Assembly (NCBI GenBank): GCA_944390805.1 | Contig: CALXQW010000038.1 | Location: 42,635 to 106,634, forward strand | Direction: 5' to 3' | DNA: 64,000 bases | From: an uncultured Opitutales bacterium | GTDB lineage: Bacteria; Verrucomicrobiota; Verrucomicrobiia; Opitutales; Intestinicryptomonadaceae | Shown: positions 19,294 to 27,420 of the stretch, piece by piece | Layout of the letters: every line of letters starts with the position of its first letter | Numbering within the stretch: position 1 is the first letter of the stretch | Made by a program: the position numbers and the translations under genes | Notes under the pieces: generated by a model | Databases searched by the model: none | Told to the model about the DNA's origin: nothing | What the model saw: only the letters and a program-made list of their open reading frames with translations

Positions 19294-19803
19294 ATGAAAA
19301 ATTCTAATATTATCTATGGAATCCTTTTTGCAGTATTGGGATTCTTCTGTATATTATATCCTATAGTTTCAACTCTGTGGGTTGAAATTATGGTTGGAGT
19401 AGGTCTGATAGCTGGAGGAATATTTACACTTGCGGCATTCCCAAAGCAGCGTGAGGCCTTTGTTAAGATCTTTTACGTTCTTCTTGGAATCTTATACATA
19501 ATAGGCGGAATATTTGTCATTGCAAATCCGATTCTTGGCGCCGCCGCGCTCATGACGGCTCTTGGGGTAATCTTTATATTGGAGGGCATTCTTATATTTT
19601 TCTACTTGTCAAAAGTAAGATCTGCCGGAGGACTATTTAAGACAATGAGCCTTATAAATGGAATAATAACCCTTATTTTGGGTGTGCTTGTTCTTGCAAA
19701 TCCAGGTGCAGGAATATGGTTTATTGGAACTCTTGTGGGCATAGACTTGCTGTTTACTGGAATTTCTATGGCTTTCAGGCCAAACCGCGAGAATCTTGCG
19801 TAA
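19294..19803 (+). CDS. HdeD/DUF308-family membrane protein
   Basis: Six short TM helices with repeated G-rich 'GI..I..G' segments typical of DUF308. Confidence 0.65.
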   Translation: MKNSNIIYGILFAVLGFFCILYPIVSTLWVEIMVGVGLIAGGIFTLAAFPKQREAFVKIFYVLLGILYIIGGIFVIANPILGAAALMTALGVIFILEGILIFFYLSKVRSAGGLFKTMSLINGIITLILGVLVLANPGAGIWFIGTLVGIDLLFTGISMAFRPNRENLA

Positions 19804-19823
19804 TTTGCAATACTTGCCATCTT

Positions 19824-19861
19824 AAAAAAATGCGCTCCAAAATGAAGGGGCGCATTTTTTA
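19824..19861. terminator. Bidirectional terminator between hdeD-like and purT
   Basis: A-run, then atgcgctcc (19830-19838) / ggggcgcat (19847-19855), then a T-run. Confidence 0.75.
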
Positions 19862-19887
19862 TATGTTGGGAAAGAATTATAGACCTG

Positions 19888-21084
19888 CTAAGAGTTGTTT
19901 TCCCCCTCGTACAGATCTAAGTCTTTGAGCATCTCTGCGGTTATTTTGCGGGCTTCGTCAACGCTATTTGCTCTTGCGAGCAAAACGGCCATACGCCTGT
20001 GGCCGCCGGTTTCGGGTTTTGAGAATATCCTCATGTCCGTGTCCGGACGCGAAAGCACCCGTTCCAAATTTCCGTATTGCAGATTCTTGTAGTCTCCCTC
20101 CACAACAACCGCGCGGCTTGCAGAAGGACCGTAGAAACGTATTACCGGTATGGATATTCCCAGTATGGCGCGCGCATGCAGGGCAAATTCAGACAAATTC
20201 TGGGATATAAGCGTAACCATGCCGGTATCGTGCGGCCGAGGGGAGACTTCGCTGAATATCACATCGTCTCCCTTTATAAAGAGTTCAACACCAAAAATGC
20301 CGTATCCGCCAAGGGCGTCTGTTATTTTCTTTGCGTAGTCTTTTGCTTTTTCCAAAGCTGTATTGCTCATGGCGGCAGGCTGCCAGCTTTCCCGGTAGTC
20401 TCCATCTATCTGCTTGTGCCCGACAGGCTCGCAAAACGCCGTGCCTCCGCTGTGGCGTACTGTAAGAAGAGTAATTTCATAATCGAAGTTTACAAAACCC
20501 TCAACAATGACCCGTCCAGCTCCGGCACGTCCGCCGCTCTGGGAATAGTCCCACGCTTTCTGTATCTCGTCGGCAGACTTAATCACGCTCTGCCCATGTC
20601 CAGACGAACTCATTATTGGCTTTACTACGCAGGGCAGGCCTATCTTCTCAACAGCATGTTTAAAACTGTCGAAGTCGTCAGCAAACATATACGCCGATGT
20701 CTTCATGCCGAGCTTTTCCGCAGCAAGAGTGCGGATATTTTCGCGGTTCATTGTAAAGTTGACAGCTTCCGCAGTGGGAATGACATTGAAACCTCTCTTT
20801 TGAAGCTCAAGCAGCTTTTCTGTGGCTATGGCCTCAACTTCTGGCACTATGTAGTCGGGCTTCTCTTCAAGTATTATCTTCTCCAGCTTTTCAGCATCAA
20901 GCATGGATATGACATAGCTCTTATCCGCAACCTGCATGGCTGGAGCGTTTGCGTATTTATCAACCGCAACAACTTCAACCCCGAGCCGTTTTAGCTCTAT
21001 GACAACTTCGCGGCCAAGTTCTCCGCTTCCAAGAAGCATAGCTTTTGTCGCGCCCTTTTTGAAAACTGTTCCTACTTTCGACAT
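19888..21084 (-). CDS. purT: Formate-dependent phosphoribosylglycinamide formyltransferase (GAR transformylase 2)
   Basis: '[40 protein letters not shown]' and ATP-grasp motifs are highly characteristic of PurT. Confidence 0.9.
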   Translation of the reverse strand: MSKVGTVFKKGATKAMLLGSGELGREVVIELKRLGVEVVAVDKYANAPAMQVADKSYVISMLDAEKLEKIILEEKPDYIVPEVEAIATEKLLELQKRGFNVIPTAEAVNFTMNRENIRTLAAEKLGMKTSAYMFADDFDSFKHAVEKIGLPCVVKPIMSSSGHGQSVIKSADEIQKAWDYSQSGGRAGAGRVIVEGFVNFDYEITLLTVRHSGGTAFCEPVGHKQIDGDYRESWQPAAMSNTALEKAKDYAKKITDALGGYGIFGVELFIKGDDVIFSEVSPRPHDTGMVTLISQNLSEFALHARAILGISIPVIRFYGPSASRAVVVEGDYKNLQYGNLERVLSRPDTDMRIFSKPETGGHRRMAVLLARANSVDEARKITAEMLKDLDLYEGENNS

Positions 21085-21247
21085 ACCTTTTTATACAATC
21101 ACTTCTTCCGTTTTATGCGAGCATATTTTCTCTTTGTTTTATGCCGCAATATTCTTGTTTCTTTTAAAGATTTCTCTGATTTGTGGTAAAATCTTTTATC
21201 TAAATTTAAGTCTTGCCCGTTTGAGTCCGTAATTTATAGGTGGGCTT

Positions 21248-21805
21248 ATGTATCAGCTAAGAATTGCCTTTATACTTTTATTGATTGCCGTATGCGGGGC
21301 AGGGGGAATGTATTTTTTCCGCGATATATTTATTGATACCCCAGAAGTAAAGTCATCTGGCGGTATATCCGGATATTGGCGCATAGACGATTCCGGCTCT
21401 GGAAAGATAGAAAGCGTTATAATCTGCTATGAAGCCGATAGTGTCTACTATTGCCGAATGGTTGCCGTCTACGACGACGACGGAAAATTGACCGATACCT
21501 TTTCAGACTGCAAGCAACGTTCAAAAGGCATAAAAGGCTCTCCTAAACTTTGCGAGTTCGACTTTATCTGGGGCCTTAAATTCAACGGGAAGATATACGA
21601 TTCCGGCAGCGTGATAAATCCAGACTCCGGCAGCGTTTATAATTGCAAGGCATGGTATGATGCTGATAAAGATTCCCTCGTTATGCGCGGAGAGCTTTTT
21701 GGATTTGGGCAAAACCAGTATTGGAAGCGTTTTGATGAGAAATCTTTACCCGAAGGTTCAAAGGTTGATTCCAGCGCCATAAAACCAAATATCCCCGCCC
21801 ATTAA
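21248..21805 (+). CDS. DUF2147-domain exported protein
   Basis: N-terminal TM/signal segment. 'GYWRIDD' and 'VYNCKAWYDADKDSLVMRG..GFGQNQYWKR' fit the DUF2147 pattern. Confidence 0.6.
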   Translation: MYQLRIAFILLLIAVCGAGGMYFFRDIFIDTPEVKSSGGISGYWRIDDSGSGKIESVIICYEADSVYYCRMVAVYDDDGKLTDTFSDCKQRSKGIKGSPKLCEFDFIWGLKFNGKIYDSGSVINPDSGSVYNCKAWYDADKDSLVMRGELFGFGQNQYWKRFDEKSLPEGSKVDSSAIKPNIPAH

Positions 21806-21956
21806 TTTTCCTTTGTTTTAGGATTTATGTGCTTGGTATTTTTATTCATACAATATGGCGATAGTAAAAATAATTGAGTTTTAGTTTATTTATATCTTAC
21901 GGCACTGATGTTATTTTCAGTTTATCTTCTCTATGCCACATATTGCTATTTCCATT

Positions 21957-21989
21957 AAAAAAGCGGAACCAATAATGGTTCCGCTTTTT
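21957..21989. terminator. Bidirectional terminator
   Basis: AAAAAA, then gcggaacc (21963-21970), loop aataat, ggttccgc (21977-21984), then TTTTT. Lies between convergent genes. Confidence 0.8.
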
Positions 21990-22011
21990 ATTATAATGGG
22001 GCAGATATCAA

Positions 22012-22593
22012 TTAGTATTGGTTATCTTGCCCAAAGTATTCATCATTTTTATTGTAATCTTGATTAAATCTACGCCTGCGAAAGCCACCATTTTCGTCAT
22101 CTTGAAATCTGCGTTCAGAGCGGCTAAAGCTAAACTTGCGTTCTCCGCCGAATCTACGTTCTCCGTTTTCGAATTTGCGGTTTGAATGTTCTCCTGCAAA
22201 TCTACGATCTGTTCCAAATTTTCTATTTTGGCGCTCTTCGCCAGTTTCATTATCGCGTTGGTCTTCCGAAAATTTCCGGTAAGTACCAAATCTGCGATTT
22301 TGGCCGAATTTTCTTCCTCCACTGAAGCCGCTAAAACGAGGCGGTCTTTCATCTTTACCTCTGCTTTGGCTTACCCGCATTGGGCGCCCACCGAGATCTT
22401 TTTCATTTAGGGCATCTATTGCGGCTTTTGCTTGAGTATCGTCGTCCATTGTTACAAAGGCAATTCCGCGAAATCTTCCGGTTTCCCTGTCTGTTAACAT
22501 TTTTATCTTGGAGACGGTTCCATGTTGGGCAAAAGCGTCTGCGACCTCTTGCTCAGTAATATCGAAGGGCAGATTGCCCACGAATATTTCCAT
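22012..22593 (-). CDS. RRM-domain RNA-binding protein with a long R-[KR]-F repeat tail
   Basis: RNP-2 'IFVGNL' and RNP-1 'RGIAFVTM'. The C-terminal ~110 aa are low-complexity and carry about 10 R-[KR]-F motifs. Confidence 0.85.
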   Translation of the reverse strand: MEIFVGNLPFDITEQEVADAFAQHGTVSKIKMLTDRETGRFRGIAFVTMDDDTQAKAAIDALNEKDLGGRPMRVSQSRGKDERPPRFSGFSGGRKFGQNRRFGTYRKFSEDQRDNETGEERQNRKFGTDRRFAGEHSNRKFENGERRFGGERKFSFSRSERRFQDDENGGFRRRRFNQDYNKNDEYFGQDNQY

Positions 22594-22818
22594 ATTGTTT
22601 CCTATTATTTATTTTATCTTATCAAGGGAAAATATTCCCCCGTCAAAACGCATTACGCAAGCAACTTCTCTCGCGAAGAGCAATTTCAACATGCAAGCAA
22701 CCCATATATTTATTGAGAATAAGTCAACAAGATTAAATCGTCATAAGGTATTTTTTTATTTTAAAAACATGCTTGCTATTTTTGCGGCAACATATTTCAA
22801 TCGATTGAGATAACTTGT

Positions 22819-24174
22819 ATGGGATTTATGAAGAACTTTATTAAAGTCGTTATGGCTCTGTTTATATGTGCAAACATATCTTCATCTTTGTTTGCAATCA
22901 GCTCAAAAGAAGAAGCTTCTGCTCCGAAGAAATCTTCTTGGGATTTGTGGTTGGAAAAGCACAGAATAAATTATGATGAAAACAAGGTTATTTGCGGAAC
23001 AATCCCCGATCCGCTTGTAAATGTTCATAACGGGTTTAAGGCAGATAATGCACTTGATTGGCTGGAGAAAGTTAGGCCGTCAATAGTTGAAGAGGTTGAA
23101 AAACTATATTCTCCGCGTCCGCCAAGGCCAAGCTCTATGCGTTTCGAGGTTGTAGAGAGTGGGGAAGCATTCGGGGGGAAGGCCATTCGCAAACAGATTA
23201 GAATTTATGTCAAGGGGGACACTGAAAAGGAACTTTCTTTTGGAGTTTTGATGTATGTACCAAAGGAAGCAAAGTCGGTTTCGCCGGTGTTTATCAATAT
23301 GAATTACTACGGAAACCATACAATAATTGCAGATCCTAAAATATTGACAACGCAATTTTGGATAAGGGATGGGGTAGTTGGAAATTGCGAGATAAAAAAT
23401 TCCACTCCTCCGGACGATATTCGAGGGATACGTGCAAGCAGACATCCGGTAGAGAGACTGTTGGACTCTGGATTTGCGTATCTGACCTTCTGCTATTGCG
23501 AGGTTTTTCCTGATACTTCAGATGTTTCTATAAATTCAAATAATATCAGTAAAATTTTCTCCGATACCGCATATCCGTACAAGCGTTCTGCCATATCTAT
23601 ATGGAGCTGGGCAATAAGCCGCGTAATGGATTATATAGAAAGCGATAGTTTATTGGATAAGTCTAGGGTAGCCGTTGTAGGGCATTCAAGGCATGGCAAG
23701 ACGGCGCTTCTTACAGGTGCACTGGATACCCGCTTTGCCATGGCTATATCAAACGGTTCTGGTTCTATGGGAGCAAAGTTGTCGCGCCGAAATTACGGAG
23801 AGAACATATCGAGTATTTCAGACAAATACGGATACTGGTTTTCCGATGAGCTTAAGAAATACGCTTTTGCCGAGGATAAAATGCCCATAGACCAGCACCA
23901 GCTTTTGGCTCTTATGGCTCCGAGACCTGTATATGTGGAGAGCGCTAAGGCCGACAGGTGGGCAGATCCGAAAGGGCAGCTAACTGCTCTTGTGGCGGCA
24001 AATCCAGTGTACGAGCTTTTCGGCGCAAAGGAACTGCCGACTATGGCAAATGAGACAGTCCCTTTCTGCGGCAATACCGGATATCATATCCGTGAAGGCA
24101 GGCACGATTTAACCTACGAAGATTGGGAATACTTCATCAAGTTTGCAAAGAAACATTTTGGAACTGCTCAATAG
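22819..24174 (+). CDS. Glucuronoyl esterase-like alpha/beta hydrolase (CE15-like)
   Basis: Signal peptide. 'VVGHSRHGKTALL' matches the G-x-S-R-x-G-K nucleophile motif of CE15. A C-terminal His lies in 'GYHIREGRHD'. Confidence 0.65.
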   Translation: MGFMKNFIKVVMALFICANISSSLFAISSKEEASAPKKSSWDLWLEKHRINYDENKVICGTIPDPLVNVHNGFKADNALDWLEKVRPSIVEEVEKLYSPRPPRPSSMRFEVVESGEAFGGKAIRKQIRIYVKGDTEKELSFGVLMYVPKEAKSVSPVFINMNYYGNHTIIADPKILTTQFWIRDGVVGNCEIKNSTPPDDIRGIRASRHPVERLLDSGFAYLTFCYCEVFPDTSDVSINSNNISKIFSDTAYPYKRSAISIWSWAISRVMDYIESDSLLDKSRVAVVGHSRHGKTALLTGALDTRFAMAISNGSGSMGAKLSRRNYGENISSISDKYGYWFSDELKKYAFAEDKMPIDQHQLLALMAPRPVYVESAKADRWADPKGQLTALVAANPVYELFGAKELPTMANETVPFCGNTGYHIREGRHDLTYEDWEYFIKFAKKHFGTAQ

Positions 24175-24671
24175 TTCAGGCTATTATAAGTTCAGATTTA
24201 TGATAAGATTGTTATGTATGCGTGGGTGCTATAATGTTATAGGCCAACGCATATATATCTAAAGTTTCATTTTCAAAATTTATAGGGCCACATTTTTACT
24301 ATATAGAGATGGGCATTAGCCATCTTCTAAAAACTGTGGCAAAATAATCTAAAGTGGAACAAAATAACACGATAGATACTATAAAAACTCCTGCTGAATC
24401 TGGTAAGGAGGCTATACGATATCTGTTTGCGCCAATAATAGGAACGTTCAATATATATAAAAACAACCATATAACTGGTGCTTTTCCATCAAGATAAAGT
24501 TAATTTTAAATGGACATATACATATATGTAGAGACTTTTAAAACTAACTTTCTTATGGTGCTTGTATCATGCGTGGTAAAACGATGAAAAGCAAAGCTTT
24601 TCAAAAGCTATTCCCACAAGCTTTGTGTTGCTTTAAACCTCTATTCTAAAATCTTTCAGGTACGTAAAAAT

Positions 24672-24705
24672 AAAAAAACCTCCGAATATAATGTCGGAGG
24701 TTTTT
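24672..24705 (-). terminator. Rho-independent terminator after tRNA-Ala (structurally bidirectional)
   Basis: A7 run, then cctccga (24679-24685) / tcggagg (24694-24700), then T5. Starts 5 nt downstream of the tRNA 3' end on the minus strand. Confidence 0.8.
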
Positions 24706-24710
24706 GCTTT

Positions 24711-24786
24711 TGGTGGAGATGATCGGGTTCGAACCGACGACCTCCTCAATGCCATTGAGGCGCTCTTCCAACTGAGCTACATCCCC
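24711..24786 (-). tRNA. tRNA-Ala (anticodon GGC), CCA encoded
   Basis: The reverse complement reads GGGGATGTAGCTCAGTTGGAAGAGCGCCTCAATGGCATTGAGGAGGTCGTCGGTTCGAACCCGATCATCTCCACCA. G3:U70 identity pair present. Anticodon loop ATGGCAT. Confidence 0.95.
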
Positions 24787-24841
24787 AAAAACAATGGCTT
24801 TGTAATGTGCCTTAATTTTTGCCGTCGTCAATAAGATTTTT

Positions 24842-25396
24842 TCAGTTTTTGAAGATTTTACCTCTTCCTGGAATAGGAAGGCTCTTTAGATACGGGCGTG
24901 CCTCAAACAGCAGCAGTTTCCACATATCGTGCACAGATGCTCCAAAAATTGCCGGAGGGAAATTTCTGTTTACTATCCAATAACCCATATCAACTTCGCC
25001 GTGCAGTTGGTTTTCTCCCCAGCCAGCATACCCCGCAAAAGCCGCCGCCTTGACGGAGGAATCAGACTGCAGTTGTTCTTTTACGCTTTTGGCGGATAAT
25101 CCATATATGAAGTTCTCCGGCCCCGGCGATGAATTGCCTCTCCATACCGCAAATGTCAGCTTGTTCTCCGATACGGGGCCTCCTTCAAATACTTCCAAAG
25201 AGTCCAAGAGGGAGTCTTTTATATTCGTATTTAATTCTGCCAAAGTCTTGCCTTTGGGCTTATTTAATATGATGCCGTACGACCCCTCCGGAGAATCCTC
25301 AAGGACAAGAATCACGGTTTCGTCGAAGATTCCTCCGTCGAAATTTGGTGCGGCTGCCAATAGGCTCCAAGAAAGAGAATCGTATGTTTCCCTCAC
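24842..25396 (-). CDS. YqgE/AlgH-family protein (UPF0301)
   Basis: 'VILVLEDSPEGSYGIILNKP' and 'FEGGPV' motifs. 4-nt overlap with the upstream gene. Confidence 0.8.
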   Translation of the reverse strand: MRETYDSLSWSLLAAAPNFDGGIFDETVILVLEDSPEGSYGIILNKPKGKTLAELNTNIKDSLLDSLEVFEGGPVSENKLTFAVWRGNSSPGPENFIYGLSAKSVKEQLQSDSSVKAAAFAGYAGWGENQLHGEVDMGYWIVNRNFPPAIFGASVHDMWKLLLFEARPYLKSLPIPGRGKIFKN

Positions 25397-25875
25397 AGCT
25401 TTTCCGTTTCCACTCCGGCATCTTTTAGCATTGTCTCAGCAAGAGGATCGTTGTGATAGTCGTGCAGATATTTTATCTTGGAGATTCCTGCTGCCGCAAG
25501 CATCTTTGCGCAGTGCACACAAGGATAGTGCGTTATGTACGCCGTAGCTCCGCAGACAGACACCCCTCTGCGGGCCGCATCTGTTATGGCGTTTTGTTCC
25601 GCATGTACAGTTGCAAGCTCGTGGTTGTCGCGCACGCAAGATTTGTGGGGTGCCCCAGCGAGAAATCCATTGTAGCCAGCCGCTATTATCCGGTTTTGAT
25701 GCTCGCCAGAACTCACTAAAACACAGCCAACATTCAATCTTGAACATGTAGAGCGCGATGCTATCAAAATTGCCGTAGCCATGAAATACTCGTCCCAGCT
25801 TGGACGTCTCTTCCACGACGATACCAGCTTTTCCATCTCCGACAATGTTTCGTAAGGCGTATCTTCCATAGGCAA
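25393..25875 (-). CDS. Deoxycytidylate (dCMP) deaminase, ComEB-type
   Basis: Zinc motifs 'HAEQNAI' and 'PCVHCAKML'. Confidence 0.85.
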   Translation of the reverse strand: MPMEDTPYETLSEMEKLVSSWKRRPSWDEYFMATAILIASRSTCSRLNVGCVLVSSGEHQNRIIAAGYNGFLAGAPHKSCVRDNHELATVHAEQNAITDAARRGVSVCGATAYITHYPCVHCAKMLAAAGISKIKYLHDYHNDPLAETMLKDAGVETEKL

Positions 25876-25896
25876 ATTCCTTTATATATTCTTATT

Positions 25897-27405
25897 TTAC
25901 TTGGCTCCTGCCGGGGTTCCTGCGTTTGTCTGCAGCGAACTTTTAAACATGTCGGAAATAGCTTTCATATTAGATGCTTTAATCGATGTTATCATAGATA
26001 TTCTGTTGTCTCCAAAATACGTCCTTGCCTCTATTGGATCTGGAGAGATCGTTGTTGCCGGCAGTTTTTTCCCAAGAATGGAGGCGTATATCTTTGCGTA
26101 TTTTTGAGGGTATATCTTTATGTATACATCGCAGTCGCCAAGCATCGCTTTAGATGGCTTGCGTGATAATGTATCTATCAGAGATTTTTCCGTCGAAGCA
26201 TAGAATAAATATCCGTCTTTTTTTGCTATGTAATTTGATATGGGATCAAGTTTTACTTCCTTTGATGATGGCAGAACTGTTTTTATTAGGCCTGCTTGTG
26301 CGCCGAACTTATCTTCAGGAAATATCTGCTTTTCGGAATTTAAACCAGAAGATGTGTCCATATCTGAGACTATGCCGGCAGCTTTTGGATCTGCCATGTT
26401 GAAGATTTTTGAATAGTCCAGTGAGATTTTTGTAAGAAGATAATTCATCTCAAAAGCAGAGTCGAAATCGGCTGAATTTTTATAAACATTTACGGTGCTT
26501 GAATCTTCATATATAGCACTTGCGAATGTACCGTCGCCAGAATCTATAAATCCGTATATTAAAACCGACAGTTTATCTGAAATTTCCTTTGGATAGAACG
26601 ATTTTAAGAATGTGTCCAAAACTCCACTAAACGGCTTAATTGCCTTTTTAAAGTCTATGCCACCCCAGCTTAGAGCCGCGCACTTGCTCTCATCTATAAA
26701 CCCGGTTTCTGTAATGCCAATGCGCAGGGGTGCTGCGTTTATGGCTTCGGCAAAGGAGCTGCCTTCTTTTGCCTTAAATATAATCTGGGTATCGAGATTG
26801 TCGTCTTTTAGATTGAAGTTGATCTTTATCTGCCTGAGCTCCTCCAGGGCCGATTTTATAATCTTTGAATATTCTGTGGAAAGCGTATCTTTTATGGCAG
26901 CATCAGCGTCCGACGGAATATTTATTGAAATAGATATGTCCGAATTCAAGCTCCCGCGTTTTGCCGCCTTGACTGTTTCATAGGCAAAATCGGCAAAAGT
27001 TTTTGGCGGAAGGATATCGGCATCATTTGCAAGATCTACCGCAAGCCATTCGTCTAGCCTCAGAAAGTTCTTCTGGGAAGATTTTGCAGACATCGCCGGA
27101 GCGGAAAATTCCGATGCATTTATTGCAAGCACACTTCTTGGATTTCCGCCGTTCATAAACACGCATATTGCCATTGAAGAGTCTTTGTCAACTCCGCTGT
27201 AATTTGGCGCTCCAAGCGATGTTGCTGAAAGCAGATTAAATATCATTGCCGCGCCGCTATCCACAGCCGATATGTAACTTTTTAATTTTTCGCAAGTCTG
27301 CGCCGGCGACTTCATCGTCAAGATGCAGATTGGCTCTTGTATTTTTGCAAACGACGCGCACAGCGACGCTACCATAACAATACCCAATAACAATATCTTT
27401 TTCAT
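25897..27405 (-). CDS. Secreted hypothetical protein (502 aa)
   Basis: Signal peptide MKKILLLGIVMVASLCASFA. No motif recognised. Transcriptionally packed between the permease and dCMP deaminase genes. Confidence 0.6.
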   Translation of the reverse strand: MKKILLLGIVMVASLCASFAKIQEPICILTMKSPAQTCEKLKSYISAVDSGAAMIFNLLSATSLGAPNYSGVDKDSSMAICVFMNGGNPRSVLAINASEFSAPAMSAKSSQKNFLRLDEWLAVDLANDADILPPKTFADFAYETVKAAKRGSLNSDISISINIPSDADAAIKDTLSTEYSKIIKSALEELRQIKINFNLKDDNLDTQIIFKAKEGSSFAEAINAAPLRIGITETGFIDESKCAALSWGGIDFKKAIKPFSGVLDTFLKSFYPKEISDKLSVLIYGFIDSGDGTFASAIYEDSSTVNVYKNSADFDSAFEMNYLLTKISLDYSKIFNMADPKAAGIVSDMDTSSGLNSEKQIFPEDKFGAQAGLIKTVLPSSKEVKLDPISNYIAKKDGYLFYASTEKSLIDTLSRKPSKAMLGDCDVYIKIYPQKYAKIYASILGKKLPATTISPDPIEARTYFGDNRISMITSIKASNMKAISDMFKSSLQTNAGTPAGAK

Positions 27406-27420
27406 GGTTAGATTTGTCTT

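Noticed and set aside
20077-20994. 305-aa ORF on the + strand, antisense to purT. Similar long antisense ORFs occur at 7510-8064, 31346-31921, 35821-36465, 44567-45145 and 49791-50318.
   Set aside because: Each lies fully inside a confidently recognised conserved gene on the other strand. Their composition is Ser/Leu/Arg/Cys-biased and low-complexity. They have no recognisable motifs, signal peptides or sensible start context. This is typical of shadow ORFs.
21085-21247. Possible purine or ZTP riboswitch upstream of purT.
   Set aside because: There is no match to the purine-riboswitch core or to the ZTP (pfl) motif on the minus strand. The region is short and AT-rich.
24646-24831. 61-aa ORF overlapping tRNA-Ala. 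ORFs at 47125-47322 and 47190-47447 overlap tRNA-Ser in the same way.
   Set aside because: They are spurious ORFs spanning well-folded tRNA genes and their terminators.
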